This document shows positions 38,233 to 48,844 of a DNA stretch of 64,000 nt, piece by piece. The notes beneath the pieces were generated by a model. That model saw only the letters and a program-made list of their open reading frames with translations, was not told the DNA's origin and did no database searches. Source of the DNA: an uncultured Prolixibacteraceae bacterium (GTDB lineage: Bacteria; Bacteroidota; Bacteroidia; Bacteroidales; FEN-979). How positions within the stretch are numbered: position 1 is the first letter of the stretch; the number at the start of each line of letters is the position of its first letter. The stretch spans positions 88,615 through 152,614 of the forward strand of contig CAZGIM010000006.1 in assembly GCA_964525995.1 (NCBI GenBank), written 5' to 3'. Made by a program: the position numbers and the translations under genes.

Positions 38233-38976
38233 CTAAACAAGGAACTGCAGAAACTTTTCCATACCCTGACGTTTGTCGTTGTCGAACGTATAGGAAATGT
38301 TGTCTTCGAGGTACGACCGGCAGTCGACTCCGCGAGGCAAACGGTCGCTGAAATGTCCCAGGCACTTTTGAATGTTTGAAATCCCGTACCGGAGGGCTTC
38401 TTTTAATGGTACAAGCGCTTCAGGAGGAACCTCTGGACGTGCGACCCATACGGCAAAAACAAACGACAGCCCTGTGAATCCAATCCACTCTGTTGCAAGA
38501 TCGTAAACATGACGGTAATTTGACCTGATACTAAAGGTCTTGTCGCCGATGGCTACCAGTGTCGCTTCCGAATCTAAAGTGGCGGACTCACCAGGCATTA
38601 ATTTTTTATAGTCAGGCTGTATCTTCCAGTAATGACGGGCCAGGATCTTTACCAGTTCTACGGAAGTCCGGGAATCAAAGTCAAGATAAATGGTGCGGAT
38701 CTGATTCAGCGGTTGCTGCGAAAGCAAAAGCACAGTTTTGACCTCTTTCACGGCCCCGATGCAGAAATCAGGGAGTAAATTAAATTCGCCAAGGTCGGGA
38801 ATCGCGCCTGCCGGAACCAGGGCAACATCGGCTTCACCGTTTTTCATCCGCTCTGCGCACAGAGAGGGGACATCGAGGTGTAACGTAAAATGTTCCCGGT
38901 GTGAGGAGCTTTGAATTCCAAATACAAAGGGAAAAGTATTCAAATATGAAACGGCTGATATTCTAAGAGCTTCCAT
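38233..38976 (-). CDS. mqnA: Chorismate dehydratase MqnA (futalosine menaquinone pathway)
   Basis: The N-terminus LRISAVSYLNTFPF and the overall PBP-like 247-aa pattern are typical of MqnA. Confidence 0.75.
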   Translation of the reverse strand: MEALRISAVSYLNTFPFVFGIQSSSHREHFTLHLDVPSLCAERMKNGEADVALVPAGAIPDLGEFNLLPDFCIGAVKEVKTVLLLSQQPLNQIRTIYLDFDSRTSVELVKILARHYWKIQPDYKKLMPGESATLDSEATLVAIGDKTFSIRSNYRHVYDLATEWIGFTGLSFVFAVWVARPEVPPEALVPLKEALRYGISNIQKCLGHFSDRLPRGVDCRSYLEDNISYTFDNDKRQGMEKFLQFLV

Positions 38977-38992
38977 GGAATTTATTCTGGTG

Positions 38993-39000
38993 CAAAATTA
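38993..39000 (-). promoter_or_regulatory. Candidate -7 box for mqnA
   Basis: The reverse complement is TAATTTTG, 16 nt before ATG 38976. Confidence 0.5.
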
Positions 39001-39041
39001 AACGATCCATTCCGAAAAATACAGATAAAGCCATTTTTCTT

Positions 39042-39049
39042 TATCTTTG
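39042..39049 (+). promoter_or_regulatory. Candidate -7 box for the 39072 gene
   Basis: TATCTTTG lies 22 nt before TTG 39072. Confidence 0.4.
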
Positions 39050-39071
39050 ACCGGCCCAAAGATGAACAACT

Positions 39072-39575
39072 TTGAAACGACTGCTTGCTGTTGTGTTGAT
39101 GCTGTTTTTCCTGTTCAATATAATGGGATACCAGGTACTTTTTGAAATCAAAAAATCAAAGATCAAAAAAGAGATCGGAATCCTTTCGCGCGAACAAAAA
39201 GTAGCCCTGACGGTCATCACATCGGAAGATATTTTAAAAGATCCGGGCTTTAGACGCCTCGGCAGGGAGGAGTTCATCTATAAAGGTAAACTGTATGATG
39301 TGATCTATAAAAAACGCGTGAATCACATCTCATTTTTCTATTGTGTCCACGACACAAAGGAAGAACGATTGGCTGCCGGTTTCAGAAAGCTGGTGGGCGA
39401 TAAGATGGTTCAGTCGGTTCAGGATCATCTTATCAAGATTGCCGTGCCGGTAGCCGATTCCGGAACACCTACCATCAATCCCCTGAGATCAGAAACCTAT
39501 CCATCACTTACTATTACCATCCATTCTGTTTACCTTCCAACCTGGAGCCCGCCCCCGAAATCATCCACTACCTGA
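39072..39575 (+). CDS. Hypothetical membrane-anchored protein
   Basis: The ORF has a TTG start 22 nt after a TATCTTTG box and one N-terminal hydrophobic helix. I recognised no family. Confidence 0.5.
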   Translation: MKRLLAVVLMLFFLFNIMGYQVLFEIKKSKIKKEIGILSREQKVALTVITSEDILKDPGFRRLGREEFIYKGKLYDVIYKKRVNHISFFYCVHDTKEERLAAGFRKLVGDKMVQSVQDHLIKIAVPVADSGTPTINPLRSETYPSLTITIHSVYLPTWSPPPKSSTT

Positions 39576-39623
39576 TCCGACTCACGGATCAGTATCATCC
39601 TTTCGACACAGAGTAACGTTAAA

Positions 39624-39652
39624 CTGCCTTATCAGGCAGGTTTTCCGATTTT
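39624..39652 (+). terminator. Rho-independent-like terminator after the 39072 gene
   Basis: The stem CTGCCT TATC AGGCAG is followed by GTTTTCCGATTTT. Confidence 0.45.
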
Positions 39653-39820
39653 ACCAGAGCGGAAGCTCCCGGTCATTTGATGCCGGGATCTGCGGTTTGG
39701 CACGTTGTTACATATCAGGATCGGGTACTGAATTCTCATCAGGTCTTCTGTGTCATTCAAGTTATTAATTAAGAACAATATTTTTATTCTAATGATTATA
39801 AAGATAATAAATAGTTACAA

Positions 39821-42241
39821 ATGAAAATATATAAAATAATAATTATATCCATAATCCTTATTTGGGGTACCACTACTTTGGGGCAACAGGTCAGGGTACT
39901 GGACAAATCAGATCTGCAGCCCATCGGGGGTGTCGTAATCGCAAACCGTACCAAGACCCTTGCTGTGACCACCGATGAGCGTGGTTTGGCTGATCTGACG
40001 GCATTTTCTCAGGGTGACTCTATTTATATCACCCACCTTGCTTTTCAGCCGGTGGTTTTGCTGAAGTCGGCCTTGCCGGCGTCCAAGGTCATCTACCTGA
40101 CTGACCATATCATCAAACTGGATGAATTTGTCATTTCAGGTAACCGGACCGAGGAGAAAAGGTCGGATTTGCCTTATAAAATCGAAGTGATCCAGGCGAA
40201 GGAAATTTCCTTTCAAAACCCACAGAACACGGGAATCATGCTGGAACAAAGCGGTGGCGTATTTGTCCAAACCTCACAGATGGGCGGTGGAAGTCCGGTG
40301 CTTCGTGGTTTCGAAGCCAACAAGGTTCTGTTGGTGGTTGACGGGGTACGGATGAACAATGCCATTTACCGTGCCGGCCACCTGCAAAGCGCCATCACAA
40401 TCGACCCGTTCGGATTATCCACTACAGAGGTACTCTATGGTCCCGGTTCGACTTTGTATGGCAGCGATGCGCTTGGAGGAGTCATCAACTTCATCACACG
40501 CGACCCGATGCTTTCGACAAATGGCAAAACCCAGGTCCACGGAAACCTTCTGGGCCGTTTTGCATCTGCCAACCTTGAAAAAACGGGCGGAATTAACCTG
40601 AATCTAGGGTGGAAAAAGTGGGCCGTGTTGCTGAATTTTTCATACAGCGATTTCGACGATCTGCGCGAAGGGCGGGTTCGAAATCCTGCTTACGGCTCCT
40701 GGGGAGAGCGCCCCTTTTATGCGGAGCGTATCGATGGGAAAGATTCCATGGTTGTGAATGAAAAACCGTGGATTCAAAAACAGTCGGCATACCAACAGTA
40801 TAATTTTTTGGGAAAGGTGCTCTTCCAGCCTGGATCCCATAGCCGTTACATCCTGAATTTCCAGTTTTCAAACTCCAGCGACATTCCCCGGTATGACCGC
40901 CTTACTGAAACAAACTCAGCAGGAAACCTTAAATACGCCGAATGGTACTACGGTCCTCAGTTGCGCCTCTTTGGCTCACTGAAGGCCGAATACAACCTGA
41001 ACGCCGTGATCTTCGACCACGCAACGGTGATCCTGGGTTATCAACGAACAAAGGAAGACCGGATTCAGCGCGATTTCGGCAGTTCCAAAAAGAAGTACAA
41101 CCTCGAATCGGTGGGTGTCATCTCTCTGAACGCTGACTTCGACAAACGGCTGTGCGCATCCGATAATTTACGATATGGCATTGAGTTCAACTATGATGAT
41201 GTCGATTCCAAAGCTTACAATCAAAACATCAAGACCGGCAAAGAAACCGACGACCGGGCTACGCGCTATCCCGATCAGTATGCCCGGATGATGTACCTTT
41301 CGGCTTACCTGTCGAATCAATGGAAAATCAGCAAGGTGTTTGAGTTCTCTCAGGGACTGCGATTCAACTATGTCACCCTGAACGCTGCCTATTCCGACAC
41401 TATGGTGAAGATCATGAATATTCCCTTTAATCCGGAGATATCGCAGAAGAATGCCGCAGTTAACGGCTATCTTGGATTTATTGCCGCGCCAGGTCGTGAC
41501 TGGAAGTTTTCATTGGTTGGTTCCACCGGTTTTCGCGCACCCAATATCGACGATTTGACTAAACTGAATGTTGTGACCGGACAGACTGTCGTAATGCCGA
41601 ATCCTGATCTCAAACCGGAATATTCCTATAACCTTGAGTTCTCGGTGGCCAAAACCATCGCGGGTGCAGTAAGACTCGAAGGCACCGTATTTTATAACTG
41701 GCTGCGCGATGCCATCGTCATTTCACCCAAGCCCTATAACGGCTCCGATTCGATCATGATCGATGATGTGATGTATCAGACTCTGGCCCCGACCAATACC
41801 GGTAGCGCCTATATTTACGGGTTCCAGGGCAGCATTCTCGCCCAGGTTACCCGATCCTTTTCTATCGTGAGTAATCTTACCTATACCTATGGATACGATG
41901 AGACTGACGGAACCCCGCTCGATCACATCCCACCGGTATTCGGGATGACATCGTTCCGCCTCGAGCTGAAGAAGTTCAAAGGCGATTTTTACGTGATGTA
42001 CAACGGTTGGAAGCGACTGAGCCAGTACAGTCCCAGCGGGGAGGACAATCAGCAGTATGCAACTCCCTATGGAACGCCATCCTGGTACACACTAAACCTG
42101 AAATTAAGCTATCAGATCATGCGATATCTGAATGTCGAACTGGGAATGGAAAACATCCTGGATGAAAATTACCGGAAATTTGCATCCGGCATCAGCAGTC
42201 CGGGAAGGAATGTCATCGTGGCTTTACGTGCCAATCTTTAA
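39821..42241 (+). CDS. TonB-dependent outer-membrane receptor
   Basis: It has a signal peptide, a carboxypeptidase-regulatory-like N-domain and a plug (GGGSPVLRGFEANKVLLVVDGVRMNN). FRAP (TGFRAPNIDD) and NPxL-like (MPNPDLKPE) boxes are present, and the protein ends in a beta-barrel terminal strand. Confidence 0.9.
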   Translation: MKIYKIIIISIILIWGTTTLGQQVRVLDKSDLQPIGGVVIANRTKTLAVTTDERGLADLTAFSQGDSIYITHLAFQPVVLLKSALPASKVIYLTDHIIKLDEFVISGNRTEEKRSDLPYKIEVIQAKEISFQNPQNTGIMLEQSGGVFVQTSQMGGGSPVLRGFEANKVLLVVDGVRMNNAIYRAGHLQSAITIDPFGLSTTEVLYGPGSTLYGSDALGGVINFITRDPMLSTNGKTQVHGNLLGRFASANLEKTGGINLNLGWKKWAVLLNFSYSDFDDLREGRVRNPAYGSWGERPFYAERIDGKDSMVVNEKPWIQKQSAYQQYNFLGKVLFQPGSHSRYILNFQFSNSSDIPRYDRLTETNSAGNLKYAEWYYGPQLRLFGSLKAEYNLNAVIFDHATVILGYQRTKEDRIQRDFGSSKKKYNLESVGVISLNADFDKRLCASDNLRYGIEFNYDDVDSKAYNQNIKTGKETDDRATRYPDQYARMMYLSAYLSNQWKISKVFEFSQGLRFNYVTLNAAYSDTMVKIMNIPFNPEISQKNAAVNGYLGFIAAPGRDWKFSLVGSTGFRAPNIDDLTKLNVVTGQTVVMPNPDLKPEYSYNLEFSVAKTIAGAVRLEGTVFYNWLRDAIVISPKPYNGSDSIMIDDVMYQTLAPTNTGSAYIYGFQGSILAQVTRSFSIVSNLTYTYGYDETDGTPLDHIPPVFGMTSFRLELKKFKGDFYVMYNGWKRLSQYSPSGEDNQQYATPYGTPSWYTLNLKLSYQIMRYLNVELGMENILDENYRKFASGISSPGRNVIVALRANL

Positions 42242-42817
42242 CAGCGTTGAATGGATGGAGAGAACCTGTGGAATCACCAGCCTTGATCCGTCATTCAGGA
42301 TGACAAAATCGGCCATTTCCGCCTTCTTCTCATCAGGAAGCTGAAATTGCATCCTTTTCATAACAGAGTTGCCATCTGCCGTGTCCCGTAACATGACCCG
42401 GTGGATGGCAATTTCTTTTGGGCATGAAACATGAATGATACGGTCGAAAAAGCGCTGCAGCCCCCGCTCAAAAATGATAGCGGCTTCATGAACTACATAG
42501 GGTGCCTGATGTCCTGATTCGATCCACCGGGTAAAAGCATCGGTGACCAGCGGGTGTATGGCCACGTTGAGGTACTCGAGCGATGGTGGGTCATTGAAAA
42601 CAATGGCGGCAAGTGCGTTGCGATCGATCTCCCCGCCTGGGCTCAGAATCCGTTCGCCGAAATGGCGTACCATACTGCTCCTGAGTTCCGGGTCATCATA
42701 ACATTTTTTAGCCTCTTCGTCAGCATGGAAAACGGGAATCCCCAGCACCTTGAAGATTCGGGCCACAGTGCTTTTTCCGCTGCCTATGTTTCCGGTGAGG
42801 CCTACTCTGAGGATCAT
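42224..42817 (-). CDS. coaE: Dephospho-CoA kinase
   Basis: It has VGLTGNIGSGKSTVA at the N-terminus, at 197 aa. Its 3' end overlaps the convergent receptor gene by 18 bp. Confidence 0.9.
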   Translation of the reverse strand: MILRVGLTGNIGSGKSTVARIFKVLGIPVFHADEEAKKCYDDPELRSSMVRHFGERILSPGGEIDRNALAAIVFNDPPSLEYLNVAIHPLVTDAFTRWIESGHQAPYVVHEAAIIFERGLQRFFDRIIHVSCPKEIAIHRVMLRDTADGNSVMKRMQFQLPDEKKAEMADFVILNDGSRLVIPQVLSIHSTLLKIGT

Positions 42818-43464
42818 GGATTTTTTATGGAAGGGGGCTCCGGACGCTCGCCATGACGGGGCAGGCTGTCGTGGAGCATACCCACTGAATCGGTTCCCAT
42901 TACAGACCTGCCTCCTTCGACAGATGTCGCGACAGGAGTAGGTTCGATGGGAAGTTGGTCAAAATCGAAATAGAGGGTATCAGGGGAGATGGAGTAGAGA
43001 TCGGCAGGAAAATTGGTTTGCGACAAAATCTCTCTGCCAACACGTCCGGTAAGAAGGAATCCTCTGGGATGGTCGCCGTGTGCCTGGTACCGGACATCCT
43101 GCAGGCTCACTTCGTATTTGTGATCCCGCTCCCGGAACAACTGCTCCGAAAAATATTCAAAACCCTGAATTCGGAACCGGATACGGAGAACGGTATCGGA
43201 ACACCCCTGCAGTTCCAGGTGGGCAGGAATGTGGGTATAACTCAGACGGAAGTCGACGGTGTAATAATAATCTTTTGAAAGCCGCACCAGCGACCATATG
43301 AAAACCGAAAGTATCAGGCAGACAACGAAGATATACAGTTGATTCCTGAATTTCTCGTTTCGCCGCCTGCGGGCATTGCCGATAAAGTCGAGAAAATCGG
43401 ATTTCAAGGTGCGACGGTTTCCTGAATTACTTGTTCTCGATGGTTTGCGTGTTATCCATAGCAA
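42814..43464 (-). CDS. YbbR-like domain membrane protein (hypothetical)
   Basis: It has a single TM helix ([18 protein letters not shown]) followed by a beta-rich region. Its position in the conserved Bacteroidota yajC-ybbR-like-coaE order supports the call. It overlaps the yajC end by 38 nt. Confidence 0.5.
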   Translation of the reverse strand: MLWITRKPSRTSNSGNRRTLKSDFLDFIGNARRRRNEKFRNQLYIFVVCLILSVFIWSLVRLSKDYYYTVDFRLSYTHIPAHLELQGCSDTVLRIRFRIQGFEYFSEQLFRERDHKYEVSLQDVRYQAHGDHPRGFLLTGRVGREILSQTNFPADLYSISPDTLYFDFDQLPIEPTPVATSVEGGRSVMGTDSVGMLHDSLPRHGERPEPPSIKNP

Positions 43465-43756
43465 CTGCGGATTTTTCGATTCGCAGTCTTACATTGTTCT
43501 CAACCTCGATGGTTACAGTCGTATCCTGAATCTCGACAATGCGGCCATGAATTCCGCCGATGGTGATCACCTTCTGACCCTTCTGCAGACTTTCCTTGAA
43601 CTTTTTCTGATCTTTCGATCGCTTCATCTGTGGACGGATAAAAAAGAAGTAAAACACCACGATGATAAGTAACAGCGGAAGAAAGGACCACCAACCGTTT
43701 TGCTGTGCGCCCTGGCCCTGAGGAGCCATGAGCAGAATGGTTAACAAATTTGTCAT
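43427..43756 (-). CDS. yajC: Preprotein translocase subunit YajC
   Basis: It has a TM helix followed by [17 protein letters not shown]...[10 protein letters not shown]. Confidence 0.85.
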   Translation of the reverse strand: MTNLLTILLMAPQGQGAQQNGWWSFLPLLLIIVVFYFFFIRPQMKRSKDQKKFKESLQKGQKVITIGGIHGRIVEIQDTTVTIEVENNVRLRIEKSAVAMDNTQTIENK

Positions 43757-43800
43757 GATTGAGAAAATAATTGAATTATTGAATTATTGAATGAATGATC
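43757..43800. repeat. Short 8-nt-periodic word array
   Basis: GATTGAGA AAATAATT GAATTATT GAATTATT GAATGAAT GATC lies between the yajC start and the DUF1573 gene stop. Confidence 0.5.
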
Positions 43801-43829
43801 TCCTGTTTAACTGTTTACCTGATTCCTTT

Positions 43830-44309
43830 TCACCTCTCTGCCGCGGGATTTACCACCTGTGCTTTGATCCTCAGGACGGTCGTATTGGGCTGAGTGTTGG
43901 CAACCACCAGGACATTCTTCGACTGAAACCCACGGCGGCCGTTGGAGTTGAAGGAAACCTTTACCTCGCCCTTTTCTCCGGGACGGATGGGGGTTTTGGG
44001 GTAGGAGGGTACCGTACACCCGCACGAAGTGCTTACTTCGGCAAGGATCAAATCCGATTTGCCCGTGTTGGTAAAGGGAAATGCAATCGAAACGGTTTCT
44101 CCCTCCAGGATCTTCCCGAAATCATGCTCAGTCTCCTCAAAAGTGATCTGCGGGAGTACACTCCGGTCGCCTTTTCCGCTGGCGGTATTCGGATTGTTAA
44201 CCAGGTCAGCGGGAATATCCTCTTGTCCGCCTGCATTGTGGTTGCGACATCCAGGCAGGATAAAGCAAACAGTTAAAAAAACGATCAAAGTCAGCTTGAT
44301 AGAATTCAT
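43830..44309 (-). CDS. DUF1573 domain lipoprotein
   Basis: It has the lipobox ILPGC and the DUF1573 core FEETEHDFGKI..G..V...F.FTNTGKSDLIL..V.TSCGCT. Confidence 0.8.
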   Translation of the reverse strand: MNSIKLTLIVFLTVCFILPGCRNHNAGGQEDIPADLVNNPNTASGKGDRSVLPQITFEETEHDFGKILEGETVSIAFPFTNTGKSDLILAEVSTSCGCTVPSYPKTPIRPGEKGEVKVSFNSNGRRGFQSKNVLVVANTQPNTTVLRIKAQVVNPAAER

Positions 44310-44331
44310 CCGGTATTCAGCTTTACAGGTG

Positions 44332-44339
44332 CAAAGGTA
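44332..44339 (-). promoter_or_regulatory. Candidate -7 box for the DUF1573 gene
   Basis: The reverse complement is TACCTTTG, 22 nt before ATG 44309. Confidence 0.5.
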
Positions 44340-44365
44340 GTAAAAATCTTTATACTTTTACATCC

Positions 44366-44914
44366 ATGCGCATTTACCTCATCGGCTACATGGGATCGGG
44401 AAAATCGACCATCGGGAAACAACTTGCCAGCCGGTTAGGGTACCCATTTCTCGATCTCGACCAGCATTTTGAAGAGCGCTACAGGATCAGCATCATCGAT
44501 TTTTTCGAAAAATATGGAGAACTGTTGTTCCGGAACCTGGAACGCGACCTTCTGCATGAAACCCGCGTCTTCGACGATATACTGATCTCGACCGGAGGAG
44601 GAACTCCCTGCTCTTTCGACAACATGAAGTTTATCCGCGACTACGGGATTGCAGTATATATCAGATGGCCGGTCAAATTGTTAGCCGAACGGTTACAAAA
44701 TCTGAAAAAAAAACGACCGATACTCAAAGACCTCAATCCGGGAGCCCTTCAGGAAAAAATCAAAGAACATCTTGCCGAACGGGAACCCTTTTACAACCAG
44801 GCAGATATTGTAATCGATGCAGGTGACTTATCACAACCACAACTGATTGAAATCCTGTTGAAAAAGATGGAAGAATTCGGGAAACAAGCGGAAACCGGTC
44901 GCTCCGGAGTATAA
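44366..44914 (+). CDS. aroK: Shikimate kinase
   Basis: It has IYLIGYMGSGKSTIGK, the LDLD motif and STGGG. Confidence 0.9.
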   Translation: MRIYLIGYMGSGKSTIGKQLASRLGYPFLDLDQHFEERYRISIIDFFEKYGELLFRNLERDLLHETRVFDDILISTGGGTPCSFDNMKFIRDYGIAVYIRWPVKLLAERLQNLKKKRPILKDLNPGALQEKIKEHLAEREPFYNQADIVIDAGDLSQPQLIEILLKKMEEFGKQAETGRSGV

Positions 44915-44933
44915 CCTTGCGCATCCCCTGATG

Positions 44934-46361
44934 CTACCTGTTTTTGAGCAGTAAGGCGACGTTTTCCACGTGCTGGGTATGGGGAAACATATCAACCGGT
45001 TGGCATTTCACCAGATGATAACTGTCCATCATCAGGGCCAGGTCGCGTGCCTGGGTCGCCGGATTACAACTGACATAGACCACTTTTTGTGGTTGAATCT
45101 GCAGAATTGTACCGACCACTTTTTCATGCATGCCATTCCTGGGAGGATCGGTGATAACAATATCGGGAACGCCGTGCTGCGTTAAGAATGCTGCATTCAA
45201 AATCTTTTCGGCCTCTCCTGCAACGAAGCGGGTATTGGTGATTCTGTTGAGGCTTGAATTCAGGACGGCATCGGCCACCGCGGGCTCTACCGACTCAATG
45301 CCGGTTATCTGACGCGCATAGGGAGCGAGATAGTTGGCAATGGTACCGGTGCCGGTGTAAAGGTCATAAACAGTTTCTGATCCCGTCAGTTCCGCAAATC
45401 CGGCCACAGTACGGTACAGATTGACCGCCTGAAGGCTGTTTGTCTGGAAAAACGAGGCGGGTCCGATCCGGTAAGAAATATCGGGATAACCCTCACGGTA
45501 TGGCGGAAGGACCTCGGTGATGAATTGTTCGCCGGCAGCATGTCTGAATTCCAGATCGTTCAGGGAGTCATTCTTTTTGGGATTGATCACATAAAAGAGA
45601 CTCGTGATCTGCGGGAATTTGTCAAGAAGGTGATCGATCATCGCTTTGATGCACCGGTCTTCATGATGAAAAACAAGGATGATCATCAACCCTCCCGAAA
45701 GGGTATCGCGGATGATCAGATTGCGTAAGAGACCTTCCCATTTTCTGACATCATAAAACGAAAGGGAGTGTTCTTCGGCATACGCTCTCAACTCATTGCG
45801 GATGGCGTTCGAAGGATCCTTCTGATGAAAGCATTCCCTGATATCAACTACTTTATCGAAGAACCGGGGAACGTGAAATCCCAGGGCATTGGTATGTTGA
45901 GTCTCCGGATCAGCCGTATTGAGTGCACCGGTTAACCACCGGTGGTTGGAAAAGGTGAAATCGAGTTTGTTACGGTAGTACTTGGTCGTCGGTGATGGAA
46001 TGATCGGAAGGATCACGGGTGACGCTATTTTACCGATCCGCGTCAGGTGATCGTAAACCTGTTGTTGTTTGTAGTGCAATTGTCTTTCGTACGACATGTT
46101 TTGCCACCGGCATCCGCCGCAAATGCCGAAATGAGTGCAGTAAGGCTCCGTTCGCCAGGGTGAAAGGGTACGCAGTCTAACTGCTTTTCCCTCTAAATAC
46201 CTTCTTTTTTTAGCGGTGATCTGAATATCCGCCACATCACCAGGTACTACGAAAGGAACAAAGATCACCTGATCGTTGACCCGGGCAATCGACATTCCCT
46301 CAGACCCAGCATCGAGGATCTCCACATTTTCAAGAATTAGCGGGGAAGAGGAGGATTTCAT
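44934..46361 (-). CDS. rlmD: 23S rRNA (uracil-5-)-methyltransferase RlmD/RumA family
   Basis: It has a TRAM-like N-domain, the Fe-S Cys cluster CTHFGICGGCRWQ and a SAM-MTase C-domain ending in VSCNPAT. The start is set at ATG 46361; the TTG at 46385 is an alternative. Confidence 0.85.
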   Translation of the reverse strand: MKSSSSPLILENVEILDAGSEGMSIARVNDQVIFVPFVVPGDVADIQITAKKRRYLEGKAVRLRTLSPWRTEPYCTHFGICGGCRWQNMSYERQLHYKQQQVYDHLTRIGKIASPVILPIIPSPTTKYYRNKLDFTFSNHRWLTGALNTADPETQHTNALGFHVPRFFDKVVDIRECFHQKDPSNAIRNELRAYAEEHSLSFYDVRKWEGLLRNLIIRDTLSGGLMIILVFHHEDRCIKAMIDHLLDKFPQITSLFYVINPKKNDSLNDLEFRHAAGEQFITEVLPPYREGYPDISYRIGPASFFQTNSLQAVNLYRTVAGFAELTGSETVYDLYTGTGTIANYLAPYARQITGIESVEPAVADAVLNSSLNRITNTRFVAGEAEKILNAAFLTQHGVPDIVITDPPRNGMHEKVVGTILQIQPQKVVYVSCNPATQARDLALMMDSYHLVKCQPVDMFPHTQHVENVALLLKNR

Positions 46362-46375
46362 TCGAAATAATTCAA

Positions 46376-47645
<1,270 letters not shown>

Positions 47646-47782
47646 CAGAAATGAATTATCTTAATATCTTAGCAGAAAACCGGGAATCTTGTTTTTTGAG
47701 CAAAATTACGATTTTTCTTGGATGACCCATTGATATTGGAACAGGTGAGGCCGGTCAGAATTTACTTCAATAGTTGCGTGAT

Positions 47783-48541
47783 ATGGATAGTACAATAGTT
47801 ACCCTGCTTGTCGATGATGATAAAACCAGTATTGTAGCCTTACAATCGCTTCTGAAGGGCAATTTTCCGAATATTGAGATTGCCGGTATTGCCAATAACG
47901 TCAGCGAAGCGGTCTTTCTGGTTGACGCCGTGAAGCCGGATCTGGTTTTCCTCGATATCAACATGCCCGACGGTGAAGGATTTGATGTGTTTGAGCGGGT
48001 ATCATTCAAGGATTTCAGGGTGATATTTATAACAGCGTTCGATAAATATGCTGTCAGGGCGTTTGAATTTTCGGCATTGCATTACCTCGTTAAGCCGGTT
48101 ACGCTGGAAATGCTTACCATCGCCATCGACCGTTACAAAGACGTCAAAGCTGATGAGATCGATAACCGGTTACGGATTCTGCGCGACAGTCTCCGCAGCA
48201 AGAACGAAAAGATCATCATTCCATCAACCGACGGGCTGAACGTCGTTAAACTGAACGATATTGTCAGATTAGAGGCGAGCGATGTTTATACTCTTTTTTA
48301 CATGATCAACGGTCAGCGTTTCGTTGCATCAAAGCCCCTGAACAACTATGAAAAGATTTTAGAGGATCTTCCGTTCTCGAGAGTACATAGCAAACACCTG
48401 ATCAACCTGATGTTCGTAAAGAGATACGTGAAAGGTAAAGGTGGCTCCATTATTCTGGAAGATAACACCGAAGTAGAGGTCTCCGTAAGAAAAAAGGCCG
48501 ATTTTCTGGAAAAACTGAAAAACTACGCTAGATTTGTCTAA
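47783..48541 (+). CDS. LytTR-family response regulator (orphan)
   Basis: It has a receiver domain (LLVDDD, LVFLDINMPDGEGF, FITA, LVKP) plus a C-terminal LytTR DNA-binding domain. No histidine kinase gene is adjacent. Confidence 0.85.
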   Translation: MDSTIVTLLVDDDKTSIVALQSLLKGNFPNIEIAGIANNVSEAVFLVDAVKPDLVFLDINMPDGEGFDVFERVSFKDFRVIFITAFDKYAVRAFEFSALHYLVKPVTLEMLTIAIDRYKDVKADEIDNRLRILRDSLRSKNEKIIIPSTDGLNVVKLNDIVRLEASDVYTLFYMINGQRFVASKPLNNYEKILEDLPFSRVHSKHLINLMFVKRYVKGKGGSIILEDNTEVEVSVRKKADFLEKLKNYARFV

Positions 48542-48573
48542 GAACCAGCGGACGAGCGGACTGGCGGACAAGT
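48542..48573. repeat. GC-rich octamer array (GACNNGYG register), left arm of an inverted pair
   Basis: GAACCAGCG GACGAGCG GACTGGCG GACAAGT starts one base after the LytTR regulator stop codon. Confidence 0.85.
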
Positions 48574-48788
48574 TTTATGAAAAGCGAAAGGCTAAACTCA
48601 GGATTACGAACGAATAGCCTGGATTTGAAAGGGAGGGTAACGATCTGACCAGGATTTATACAGGGGTCAGGATTTTAGGAATGTAATTTCACACCATTTT
48701 ATTTATCCTCCGGGTTAATTCTCCACGGCTTGCCTCGTGAATCATACCATTTAATTTTAGGATTTCATCAATTGACGAATATATATAC

Positions 48789-48843
48789 ACTTGTCCGCTC
48801 GTCCACTGGTCCACTGGTCCACTAGTCCGCTGGTCCGCTGGTT
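48789..48843. repeat. GC-rich octamer array, right arm (inverted copy of 48542-48573, expanded)
   Basis: The reverse complement reads AACCAGCG GACCAGCG GACTAGTG GACCAGTG GACCAGTG GACGAGCG GACAAGT. It ends one base before the ychF stop codon. Confidence 0.85.
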
Positions 48844-48844
48844 A

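Noticed and set aside
39576-39820. A possible cobalamin or other riboswitch in the 245-bp leader of the TonB-dependent receptor.
   Set aside because: I could not find a B12 box or any other riboswitch core consensus by eye. Only a terminator-like hairpin for the upstream gene and a second simple hairpin are present. A covariance-model scan is needed before any claim.
42224-42241. An 18-bp overlap of the 3' ends of the convergent receptor and coaE genes.
   Set aside because: The overlap is real in the sequence, but short convergent overlaps are common and need no special explanation.
44701-44714. Homopolymer tracts as phase-variation switches. Examples are A9 inside aroK at 44705-44713, A8 in the kinase gene near 852, and T9/A9 tracts at 26648 and 61658.
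   Set aside because: The coding tracts encode Lys runs in housekeeping genes with intact frames. There is no evidence of on/off frames or contingency-gene context.
48542-48843. An IS element or MITE with terminal inverted repeats.
   Set aside because: There is no transposase and no target-site duplication. The 'TIRs' are variable-length octamer arrays of the same kind found singly elsewhere (56458). The region is kept as a repeat finding and not called a mobile element.
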